64,000 nucleotides of DNA from Paragordius varius (lineage: Eukaryota > Animalia > Nematomorpha), in the NCBI GenBank assembly GCA_964247055.1, contig OZ176054.1:9176001-9240000 (forward strand), read 5' to 3'. Position numbers and translations under genes: made by a program. A model generated the notes under the pieces. The model did no database searches, was not told where the DNA came from, and saw nothing but the letters and a program-made list of their open reading frames with translations. Positions 52,101-63,467 of the stretch are shown here, in pieces (position 1 is the first letter of the stretch; the number at the start of each line of letters is the position of its first letter).

Positions 52101-52521
52101 ATGATTCCAACCTTGTTAGTTGGGTTAAATTCATCAATGATGATGACACAGTCACATTGTCAAAATAAATGGTATTTATGAATGTATCATATAATTTGGT
52201 TGATTTCGGGTTACATTTTACCAAGGAAAGATCAATGTCGGTTGCTTGAACATCAACTATTTCCAGGTTTGATATGTAAGCACATTGTTGTTCAAACAAA
52301 TATGGATTGTTTTTGAGATGAAGTCCATTTATGTTTATTAACTTAACATTTTCAATCACGGTATTTGTATTATTTATTATATTATTTAATTGTTCGTAGT
52401 CTAGATCTGTTTGACACGTTACCATGGCTACGCCTCTGTCAAATATACATTTTGCTGCACAACGATTTAAAACATAAATATAAAAAACCAAAAGAAACAT
52501 ATATTTTTGATTGAATTTCAT
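49170..52521 (-). CDS. LRR transmembrane receptor 1 (Toll-like ectodomain with two Cys-capped LRR blocks, no TIR), ~921 aa
   Basis: Exon 1 52521-51267 (signal peptide MKFNQKYMFLLVFYIYVLNRCAA, LRRs such as LAKLDLSRCNI, LLYLNLSHNVL, cap SNPLTCLC); donor GTAAGT at 51266; acceptor CATAG before 50680; exon 2 50680-49170 (LRRs, GNPIDC, TM IVLSITLCILIFTTMCL, ~140-aa low-complexity tail). Phase-1 junction keeps the frame. The ORF track start at 52551 is a TTG. Confidence 0.82.
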
Positions 52522-52674
52522 TGATTGATTGTCATTAGAATACCTAAACAATCATATAACTACTTATCACACATTGTGATCGGGTTTAATGTATGTTTTA
52601 ATATATAATTTAATGATATTATACATAGATAATGCAATGAAAGTGTTAATAAATTGCATTAATCATTCATATGA
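52522..52674. promoter_or_regulatory. Putative bidirectional promoter/5' UTRs of the LRR receptor pair
   Basis: 153 bp between divergent ATGs; dyads ATCACA-cat-TGTGAT (52566-52580) and TAATGCAAT-N14-ATTGCATTA (52630-52661). Function inferred. Confidence 0.5.
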
Positions 52675-55600
52675 ATGATCCAAATTATTCAAACATTGTG
52701 TTTACAATTCTTGAGTCCCTTATGTTGTCTTGTAATTTGTCTTTTGGTTGTGGATAAAACAAATTTTGTTGAATCAGGATTTAATGTTAATGACTGTGAT
52801 CCTAGTCATACTATAGCGATGCAAGACATTGATTTTACAAACTTAAAAAAATTAACTGATCATTTAATTATGTGTCCAGGTGTGGAGAAAATACAACTTA
52901 AACGTGTCAAAAATTATGCAAACTCCGTGTTGGTAGATATCCAAGGCTTATTTTGTAAGCACAAAATAGTAAGCGTCGAATTATCCGAAATATATGGCTC
53001 GAATCAAATAATGTTTACAATAGAACCTTGGTTATGTCCTGCTGGTGTTAAGAATAACACAATACTGCAAGAATTCATATTGAAGGATCACCTTTTTTCC
53101 TATGCGCTCTCTGGTTACATTTATGCCCAAAATTTATCTTATGTCAGTATAACTTCAGGGACTCTGTTAGCCGTGAATCGTAATACATTTAATGGAACAG
53201 CCATAATAACATTAAATATATCACAAAACACCATTGAATATATCCATCCCTTGGCCTTTGCTAATATGACACAATTAACAAATTTATATTTGCAAAATAA
53301 TAATATAAAGGTAATTACTTCCACAACTTTTTTGGGGACATATTATATTATGCGTCTGGATGTTAGTTTCAATCTCCTAACATTCCCTGTTAATAATGAT
53401 ACAAATTCTTTAAACAAAAATAGTCTAATTGAAATTTTAAGGCCGTTTAGACGGTTGTCACGATTAGATTTACACAACAATAAATTAACTTTTTTTGATA
53501 GCCTAAATATGTTTCCACGAGAGGTAGCATTTACCCTGACCTACCTTGATTTATCATCGAATGTAATACAATGGGTGGCTATTGATTTTTTGCCAGCACT
53601 GACCTACCTAAATTTAATTGATAATCGAATCACTACTCTAACGGTTCGGAACGATTATAATTTGGATGTGACAGATTTTATGATTTATTCTAACGAACTA
53701 AACTGTGACTGCAATATGATCCCATTTTTAGGGGTGTACAAGAAATTTTTAAAAATATCTTCCGATTCTGAATCAACACCCACCACATTTGGCACTGAGG
53801 TGAAACGTCGTAATGTTCAGGCCGGTTACCGGACACTGTGTAAAACTCCAACAAACGTTGCCGATAAAGCTTTTATGGAATTGTCAGATACCCAGATATA
53901 TTGTATGGAAAATTATACGAATGAATGCTATATATTTGATGCCAATTTTAGTTTGGTCTGTGTGGGGACCAGTAATAATGCGGTAAGAGTTGCCTTAGCT
54001 ACCATACGTTTGGAGAAAAAGAACATCACGAAATGGATAGTTCAATATATTGACATAGAAATATTTCCTACCGAATATGACTCTTATTTATGCAATGTTA
54101 CGGACGTTTCTCTCAAAGGCAATAATCTTGTTGGGTTTGAAAATGGTAATTTAAAGCTTAATATATCCATAGTAACCTTAATACAATCTGTTCTACTAAT
54201 AGGATAGATTTGTATGTATGTCTAGTATGAGTAAAAAAAGTTTGCTAGTTTTTTATTGCCAGATAATACTTACAGTAGAGAGATAGATAATTTATTGGTA
54301 TAATATTGGCATTGTATAAATGTATTTTTTGGCCTTTTCTTTCTTTTACCCAAAATTTCTTTACTTTAAGTGCTAGGCCAAATTTGATAAATAAGTAGTT
54401 TTTTACATTTATATATCTAAATAGCGGAGACTCTCACACTTTGCTGTTTTTTATTCGACAATATTATTTAAATAAAATTGCAATAAACAGAATATGATTT
54501 AGTCACAGAAATAATTCATGAATCTATATTTAACATAGTACGGTCCTAACCTGGTCAAGTTTAAAAAAGGCTTGACTAAAATGCAGTAGACACCCCTTAT
54601 AAAGATCCACCCCCTCCCTCTTTTATACACAGCCTTGGTGGTTAAACAGCGCTTAAAAACTAATTACCATATACCGATCCTTTCCCAAATAAGGCTCAAA
54701 TTTTTAACTTAAAAGCTTTCCGAGGTTAGAAAACTCTCATAAAGATATATATTCGCTCAAAAAACTAAATTTAACCAATGGCTGCTTTTTAATTTTTTAT
54801 ATTTTTATTTATGAATGAAAAAATAAATAATACTAAATTACATTTATATCCTTTTTCAAGCTATTGAACTTATAAAGTAAAGCGTTAAAATGTAAAATCG
54901 ATCTTTAAAAATAAAATTAGTATTTTACTAAATTTATTTAAACGGGGTTAGAATGTAAATAATTAAAGCGTCGTTTTATCTAAAAAAACTTAGTTTCAAC
55001 ACCCTATCTTAACTTAAAAATATGCCCCAATCAACTAGGTATGAATATTAAATAGATGTTTTTTTCAATCTTCAAATCAGTTAAAGGAACATATTTATAT
55101 TAATTTATTACATTTATAAATTTTGATCTTAAGTACCAGTAGAGTTTAAAATTTAGTAGTAGGGTGGAATTGTAGGAGCTTCTGGAAATAAGGCTTTATT
55201 TAAACTTTATAAATTAACCCACCATATATATGCTTATAATTTTATTACTTTTGAATTCATTTAAAAAAAATTATTTTTACATTTTAAACGCCTAACTTTT
55301 AAATTGTCAAAGAGACAAACACAAGCTGTGAATTGCTGTATCAAATTAAGCCATTAATAAACATTACAAAATTTACAGCTAACTATTCATTACTTTTTAA
55401 TTTTATGCAAGTTCACTCCGATTAGTTTCGCAGAAAGCTAGTATTTTACATAAAAATAAAAAAAGCTCGCAGTTCAAACCATCTTTAGTATCAAATTTTT
55501 AGTTTTTCACCCTTTGGAATATAGTTTCAACCAATCTTAATAAAGAAAAGGGTAAGGGTATTACATGACCATTAACCATACTTTTTGCAAATAAAATAAA

Positions 55601-56756
55601 GAAAGAAAATAGGTATTAATTATGCACTAAGGAACAGTGTCGAAGCAACATAGAATTCAAGGGCAAAAAAAATATATAATCTTTTTAATTTAAACGTATA
55701 TATAAATTTTTTATAGCATCATTGTTATGTGGAGATCAATTAACAAGATTAGATTTGGAGGATAATCAATTTAAACAGCTTGAATGCGATATAGGTTTCC
55801 AGGCTCAATTTCAACAATTGCAATATTTAAATTTAAAGAAAAATTTTATTTCATACATACCATCCTGTGCTTTTAGGCTAAACCCAAATTTGCGGCATCT
55901 AGATTTATCCTATAATCTTTTGACAGAAATCCATGCTAATTTATTGGTTAACTTAACCCAATTAAATTGGCTAGCATTAGATCATAACCGGATTATGAAA
56001 CTTTATGATTTAAGGACACCTGTCCCATTGTCCCATTTTCAAATACATTATAACCGTCTAAAAGCCGTCAAAGCTGAATGGGTCAAATCTATGAAGTATA
56101 TAACATTCGGAGATAACAACTTTGAATGTAGCGTGGAATTCGTCTCTCTAGTCAAAAATTACATTAAAACATGGACAAACAAACTCGAAAATAATGGGTC
56201 TTCAGGGAATATAAATACACTAGCCCCTATGTGGTATGAAGAATGTTCGTTAGAATGCGAAACGCCACAACGCTATAAGATCCAGGGTAAAGTGTTTATT
56301 CGCGATTATTTTAATTTGACGCAGGCATGTAAATACGTACTACAGCAATACAAAACTATTCAAAGAGCTAATACACACGGCCAACCAAAAAAACAAACTG
56401 ATGCACCACCACCTATCGTTGTTCCAACTACACCGCTAAAATTGGAGATACTTACTACAAACTTTTTGATTGTTACCGAAACTCCTAAATCAAATACAAA
56501 AAAGCGAGTGATTATTATTTTGATTATTCTAATCATATTGTGTGTGTTGGTTGTAACTTCGTTTGTTTTATGGATAAAATATAAAAATGTTTTTCTCAAA
56601 AAATCTAACGAAGAAAAGGAAAGCGACTCTTTGACACCCATTCCATATAATAAAGAAAATAAAGATACAGACATTAGCCTTAATTACGATTACAATATGG
56701 ATGCATCAAACTCAACTACAAATTACACAAAGACTTATGAAAAAGATTATGCCTAA
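52675..56756 (+). CDS. LRR transmembrane receptor 2 (two Cys-capped LRR blocks, no TIR), ~836 aa
   Basis: Exon 1 52675-54145 (hydrophobic leader, LRRs such as LTNLYLQNNNI, LSRLDLHNNKL, cap SNELNCDC..CKTP), GT donor 54146, TTTTATAG acceptor, exon 2 55717-56756 (LRRs, DNNFECS, TM VIIILIILIILCVLVVTSFVLW, ~60-aa tail). Phase-1 junction keeps the frame. Confidence 0.82.
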
Positions 56757-57034
56757 CAATAAATATTATAGTATATTGTGAATAACTATTATACATTGCT
56801 ATATTTTTTTATTTACTGCCAGATAGCCATTAACATATTTCTTTTGCTGTATATGTTATCGGTAATGCGGAAAACTAGCATTGTTCACTTTGCATGTTTC
56901 TTACTTTTACAGGATTAATATTAATTTTGACAAAGGGCTAATTTAGATTCTAGGATCAAAAACTTATCTCAGTGTCAGTCATAAACTCTTTTGTAACATT
57001 GCCTTCATTTTTTGAGAGTTATAAAAAATTCAGA

Positions 57035-57830
57035 AAAAAATTTGCATTTTTGACAGCTGATTCCAAAAACGGCTTATAGTTATGAAATTCTCTTGGTACA
57101 TTTGGTTGAGCAGTAGGTGTGAATGTTTCGTCTATTTTTAGCCTTCGATTAATCATGACCACTTTTTTTATCCGCTATGATGTATTGGGGTAGTTTTATA
57201 TTCCAGAGCTCAATCTTGTGAGTATATTTTGTTTTTAAAGTTATTTTAGTTAGAATTTGATTATCAAACATTGTCTTGTATTAGATATTTTACAGTTTTG
57301 ATGTCTACAGTCTTACATTAGGACATCTCCGAAACACGATTCACTTAAGCAGCTAACAATATATATCAAGTTTTTGCTGGTAAAATACCACCTGAAAGCT
57401 TAATAGAGTTAATTATTTGCATTTTATAACCATAATATACATTTATTTTCCTTGTGTATTAGCGATTTAAAAAAATGGCGGGTAAAAAGTAGAGGTTTTT
57501 TTTCACTACATTAGTTTAAAAAACTTGTTTTATTAGTCTAAAAGGCTAGAGAGAGCATCTTTTTAAAATCAATGTAATACTTTAATTATCTTTTAAGTAT
57601 TCAAATTTTTATCTCTCTGGGATATAAAATTACCACATCAAGTAAAAAAAATTAAAAAAGCAAACGGTTATTTAAATTTCCTTACTTAAAATGCATCACG
57701 CCAATACCTGTATGATAAACACATAACATTTGTAAATATTAGGATGCATAGAGTTATAGACATTACGATAACTGTATATTAGAAGCTTATAATCTACATA
57801 AATTTAGATTACACCACAATTTTGAACCAC
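57035..57830 (-). pseudogene. Decayed paralogue of LRR receptor 1 (TM and cytoplasmic-tail segment only)
   Basis: 57690-57830 aligns with 49575-49720 (YTVIVMSITLCILIF..MCLSYRYWRDAF) and 57050-57125 with 49335-49410 (TPT..PNVP.E..NYKPF.ES); at least five in-frame stops; interrupted by a MITE. Confidence 0.85.
57187..57636. mobile_element. MITE family C (GGGGTAGTTTTATATCCCAGAG-type TIR) inserted in the pseudogene
   Basis: Left GGGGTAGTTTTATATTCCAGAG, right CTCTGGGATATAAAATTACCAC; related ends at 39343 and 43332-43354, internal similarity to ~10310-10420. Confidence 0.7.
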
Positions 57831-59113
57831 AGTTCATTTTTTCACTCTCATTGTCTTCTCATATTTTAAATACTTTTCATTAATTTTTGACGGTGAATAC
57901 ATTTTAAGATATTGGGTGCCATCCCTAAACTGAAAATAAATTATGTTTTGATTAAAACATTAAACATCCTATATCAGATTAAAAAGGTTGTGTTTGGTAC
58001 AATTTTCTATAAGGTAAAAAGTGAGATATACGAAATACGATTATAAACAGTTGATTTGGAAAAAATCAAAAAATTTCTGCATAATTTAAAGGCTTCCAAA
58101 ACTTATGTATTAACATTTTATACCAAAAAATGAATTTATTTCTTGCCTGTTGTATTAGCGTTATAGGACAGGAAAATTGGCGGAAAAAGTAGGGATGAGG
58201 ATATATTTACAATTAAAAATATTTTAAATTATGCGCCAATATCTTAGATTATTTTTAAGATATTTAATTAAAATCGCTCAAAAACACATAAAGGCAAGGC
58301 ATGTTAATTTAAATCATGCCTTTTCAATGTTAAATATTAAATCATGAAATTTAAAATGTCAATTACTTTTTAATCTGTTTTTCTATTATTACATAAGTCA
58401 GTCCACAATAAGGGGTTCAAGATTATATATATCATTATCCAATAGAAAAATTCGAAACAGCGCACATCACGAAGTATTCAAAAAATGAATATTCTGATTG
58501 ATAGTAGAACCGAGATTTTATAATGCTTTGGTTCAATTACTTATACATCAAAGTTAATACTACTTTTGTATTGACTGCTCCATCAGAAAATGGCAAAATA
58601 TGCGCATTTATTAAAATCTTTAATGAACTGAAAATGCCTCATTACAAAAATATCGATATGAAATTCAGACAAAAATAAAAAAAATTATAATATTTTTAGA
58701 TAAGGCTCCCAAGGTCAAACTTTTTGACGGGTTTGAAAATAGCGAATTCTTTTTTTATAATTTCGAAAAAAATTCCAAAAAAATAGATATTTAATAATTA
58801 ATTTATAGCGTTCGATGAAGTGAGTTTTATGGTATTCGAAGCATGGTGGAAACGGTAAAAAAATCATTAAGTTCAAATATTGTTAAACCACTTTTCTATA
58901 TACGATAATGTTGAGCATTTTTAGAACCTCAGGATTAATTCCTTTGCTTGTAAATTTTGGTAATTTTTGCGAAAATATTTACAAAGCCTTTCACCGTTTC
59001 CATTATAATACCTCAAACATGTCCACAAAATTCTAAAAAAATAAAATATTTTTATCGGAGGATGTATCCGATTATCATTATGCTTTTTGTTTGTATTCGT
59101 ACGAGTTATTTAA

Positions 59114-60240
59114 CACTTCGGTGTAGGGGTATCTAAATACCCCAAACTATTTTAAAGTTGACATTTTTAAGAAAACTACTGAAAAAAATGGTCCCAATGC
59201 AAATTGCTTCTATCCTAATAAAAATAGGAAACACCTAAATAAATATGAAAAAAGCTTCATATGAAACTACTTCGGCCCCATTTTTATTTGTAACATTTTT
59301 GCAAAATATCGTGTTTACTTAATTTGTGAGTTATTATAAAAGCTAATTTTTGATTTAAATCACATCTAACTTGACAGAAACAGAAAAAGTGGTTTATTTT
59401 TATTTTTAAATTTAGCTAAATAACACATGTCATGTTGACTAAATTTTAACCTGTATTACCTTAACACTTGGATACAACACATTCATTTTAGTCCTTCGAT
59501 TCAAATTGGGGTAGTTAAATACCCCAGGCCTGTTTATAATTAAATTCTTAAAAAAATATGGAATGAATCAAACCCATGGCAAAATCTTGCACTTATATAA
59601 CATTATCAAACCCAAATATATAAAAAAATTTATACAAAAATACTTGATATTACTTATTTTAAGCTAAAACCGAAAGGTAAAAATTTAGTCAATGTGACAT
59701 GCGTGCAATGGTAAAATTGAAAAACAATATAAAATAAACAGCTTTTTCTATTTCTATCAATGTTAGATGTAATTTAAATCAAAAATTAGCTTTGATTTGA
59801 CCCTTAAAATTAAATAAAGACGATTTTGCAAATTTTTTGTAAAATAAAAATGGCGGCCAAGTAGTTTGACATGGAGCTTTTTTTCAAAACAAAATTTTAT
59901 TTGGATATTTTGGCATATTTATATAATTTTTATTAGGATAGAAGCATAAATTTAAATCGGGACCGTTTCTTTCAGTAGTTTTTTAAAAATCCTAACTAAA
60001 ATTTAGTCTGGGGTATTTAGATACCCCAATTTGAATCGAAGTGTTAAAATAAATTATATCAAGCATTTTTGAACGAACTTTTTTTTATATATTTTGGTTA
60101 ATTAATATTAAACAAGTGCATATTTTTGCCATGGTTCCAATTCAATTGATATTATTTAAAATATATAATTTAAAACAGACCTGGGGTATCCTACCCCAAT
60201 TTAAATCGAAGGACTGAAATAAATGTGTCGTATCCAAGTG
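59114..60240 (+). mobile_element. Older family A piggyBac-like element, split by a nested younger copy
   Basis: TTAA|CACTTCGG at 59110-59114 and ATCCAAGTG|TTAA at 60240; halves 59114-59460 and 60048-60240 are collinear with the 41269 copy once the insert is removed. Confidence 0.8.
59465..60043 (-). mobile_element. Family A piggyBac-like MITE, full length, nested in inverted orientation
   Basis: TTAA at 59461-59464 and 60044-60047; reverse complement closely matches 41269-41838. Confidence 0.88.
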
Positions 60241-60928
60241 TTAACAAATATGTTTTTTTGTGATAACTGGTCCATATTACATAACAGCAAATTTTATTTT
60301 GTTTATTTGGGAAAGGAAACTTCCCAAAATACCTAATATATCATGAACTACATCAAATTAAATTTTCTATGTGGCTCCCAAAGTCTAGAAATTTGGGTCC
60401 AAAACGGGCTAATTTTTTAAAACAAAAGTAAAAGGGGCTGATAAGGCTGGTTTGCTTTAAGATTTGGGTTAATTTCGTAAAACAAACAAATTAGATTTTA
60501 CATAAATATTAAGAGGAATGATTATTTTTTTTAAATTTTTTGAGGGAATTATCCCATTTTGGAAAAAATTTGGGATTGATTTTTAAATGATATATATTTT
60601 AATAATATTTTCTGGAATAAGCGCTTAGCTTTTATTTTTGATATTTTATAAGCTATTTCGTTTTTTTTAATATCCAGCAAACTTTCTTACTTACCATCTT
60701 AACTTGCATTTATCTATCAGATTATATTTATTTTATCATGTTATTTATAATACCTCGATTTTTAACCACAGGGTTATGCTTTAAGATAAAAAATATAGGA
60801 ATTAAAAGTTAGATATTAAATTATGACAATACATGATAATTTTTACGATCCCAGTTTTTTTGAAAATTATCTTTTGATTGCGGGTGACCAAAAAATTTAT
60901 CAGGTGTGTGCATGTCCCCAAATTTCGA

Positions 60929-61326
60929 ATGAACGCACCGCCGTCTTTTGAATCATTTTTATTATTTGAAGGTGAGAAGAAGTAAATATTTTTTTAATTT
61001 AGAATTATTTTTTACAAGGACACAAAAGTTCCAAATGCAGCTCTTTTTACTATTAACAAAGAAGATCACACTCTTGGAAACATTTTAAGAATGTATAATT
61101 ATTTTAATTAATAAGGCAGTTGCTAAAAGATCCACAAGTTATATTTGCAGGCTACAAATGTCCTCATCCATTGGATCATAAAGTTGTGTTAAGAATTCAG
61201 ACTACCTCAAATTATAGTCCTCAAGAAGCATTTACTAACGCTATAACAGATTTGGTGAGTGAGTTATCTTTAATGGATGAACGTTTTAGAGAAGCTATTA
61301 GAGAGAAACAAGAAGGCTACGATTAA
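60929..61326 (+). CDS. POLR2J: DNA-directed RNA polymerase II subunit RPB11
   Basis: Exons 60929-60981, 61003-61092, 61116-61326 give [117 protein letters not shown]; AATAAA follows the stop. Confidence 0.97.
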
Positions 61327-61398
61327 TATTTTATATGTAGAAATAAATCATATATCTCGCCTATTATGATGACGTAATCATTGTTAATATTGATATAA

Positions 61399-62352
61399 AT
61401 GCAAACCTTATCAACCATTTCATCCAATAGTTTTATCTCTTATATTATTGATGAGTGTCGAATACAAAATGATTTTATTTCAAATTATATTGCCGTTTTA
61501 TGGAATTTCTTTATTCCAAATTGTTCGTCACCCGATAAGGGTACTTTCTATTTTATCGTGATTATCAAATTTGTTGATAAAGTAATAGAATATTTGCGTG
61601 CTAAAAAATTTTCGCGTTTTTCCATAGATACTGTCGAAATCATAGCTTTAAGATTCCATACCTTATCATCGCTTATATTTTCTTACCATCGAAGTAATTG
61701 TACCTTTGATGAAACATTTATTGTTATGATATGGGACATAGCATTCTATTGTCGTGAGCAGATTGAAGAATTGATACAAAACGCAGATAATGACGATAAT
61801 CTTGATTGGAATATTTTGGTTAAAATTCCATTGAAACCAAATTTAAATCAATTGCCTAGAAAAGTTGATGCAATAAAAACAAATAATTCGTTAAATTCTG
61901 AGAACTTTGGGAGAGACATCTCCATTACAGAAAGTGATAAAGATATATATAGTGAAAATAATTTAAATGATATTTCAACCATTTCAAACTCTTCAACAAC
62001 AATTAGTATCGTAAAATCGTACAAAATAAAAACACTATCTGGGAGTGATGTATTGACAGCGTTTGATTATTTTTTTAATCACATTATGCTTGCTAAATGT
62101 TTTAAAAATAATCGAAACAAACCTAGACTCAAGCCATTAATTCAAAAACTTGCATGGTTTTCAAATGAACGCATAGAACACATGATTCGAATTGAAATGG
62201 ATGTAAGTCGAGGCGTTAAACCTGAGAAAATGTCGTATTTTTATCCTAAAGAGTTAATCCATAGACAAAACAATGTTATGCCCAATATAAATTTAAAGTC
62301 CAACAGTGTGAATATTAATGATAATAATAATAATATGATTGTTAAAAAGTAA
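61399..62352 (+). CDS. Hypothetical protein, 317 aa, no family recognised
   Basis: 954-nt ATG-to-TAA open frame in very AT-rich DNA, unlikely by chance; downstream AATAAA near 62371. No motif recognised. Confidence 0.7.
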   Translation: MQTLSTISSNSFISYIIDECRIQNDFISNYIAVLWNFFIPNCSSPDKGTFYFIVIIKFVDKVIEYLRAKKFSRFSIDTVEIIALRFHTLSSLIFSYHRSNCTFDETFIVMIWDIAFYCREQIEELIQNADNDDNLDWNILVKIPLKPNLNQLPRKVDAIKTNNSLNSENFGRDISITESDKDIYSENNLNDISTISNSSTTISIVKSYKIKTLSGSDVLTAFDYFFNHIMLAKCFKNNRNKPRLKPLIQKLAWFSNERIEHMIRIEMDVSRGVKPEKMSYFYPKELIHRQNNVMPNINLKSNSVNINDNNNNMIVKK

Positions 62353-63467
62353 TATAGACAAATAATGATAAATAAATTGAAAAATATTATATATTAACAG
62401 GGCATTATTTACATATTGCTTACCAATATTTGATAATCTATATTATAAAAATGGAAAGTGGTAGCTTTGTGATCTGTTTCCGGAAAACCGGTGGACCCAT
62501 TCAAATCCAAATGTCGAAAAAATATAATCAATAATTAATGCCCCGACAATAGCTTCGCCATTTTTTTGAATTAGGCCCCCAGTTCGGGCCCACGCCGTGT
62601 AAAAAACGGTGTTTTTTGAAAACAGATATTCATAAAAATCGTGTCTTTAAGACAATTTTTCGGACATGTTGCACCATTCGATTTCAAATATGAATTCACT
62701 TATTTTCGATTGCGCCGAACATAGTGGGCTCGTTTTTTTAATTTGGGCCTTCTTTTTATCCGTCCCCATCCCCGTAAAATGCTATTTTTTAAAAGTCCAC
62801 ATTTTTCGCCCAAGGTATGAGACCGTAAAAATTCAATGAGGATCCCAGGTATTTCCTGTTAAAAGGCAAACATTCTAGATGTGGGTTTTTGTTATATTGA
62901 CTGCTGGTTAAGGAGATACCCGCCAAAAACTGACATGTCATATGTAAATAGCGTGCCTTTGGAACTAAATTTCAGAAAACTTATCACGACATATGAGTTC
63001 AATAGGCACTTAAAATATTACCCGTAACAAGACAAAAATTTAGGTCGTGTGGTTTTTTAAAATTAGCTGTTAATTAGGCCTTCACGCCCTGAAAAATGCA
63101 CCACCATAGAATGATTTTTTCGTTTTGAAGCTATTTTTCCAAAAACCACTCAGAGCATATAATTAATCATGATTCCAGGTATTTCCCAAATTAAGGCAAA
63201 AATAATCGAGCGTTTTTTTGTTTTGTCTCTAGAGGGCTACCGGCGTAAAACTGTGTCATCATATCAATACAGCATGCCTTTGGAGACAAATTTCAGAAAG
63301 CCTATGAGTCTAATAGGAACATATGGAATCCATGATAATTCCAAATATTCCCAATATAACGGCAAAAATTTTGCTAAACGCTTTATATCTGCCCCTCTGT
63401 AAGGAGTTAGCCAAAAACTGCGCCACAATATAGAAATTGCGTTGTTTTGGAGCTAATTTACAATAAC

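Noticed and set aside
57779-57811. TAA/TAG-to-Gln codon reassignment suggested by three Gln-to-stop changes
   Set aside because: Intact genes here end in TAA or TAG and use CAA/CAG for Gln, and the same fragment has stops at non-Gln positions plus a MITE insertion, so it is a pseudogene.
61290-61400. RPB11 spliced or fused to the downstream ORF, like human RPB11b variants
   Set aside because: RPB11 has a complete canonical C-terminus and stop, and there is no GT donor at the site where the last intron would lie.
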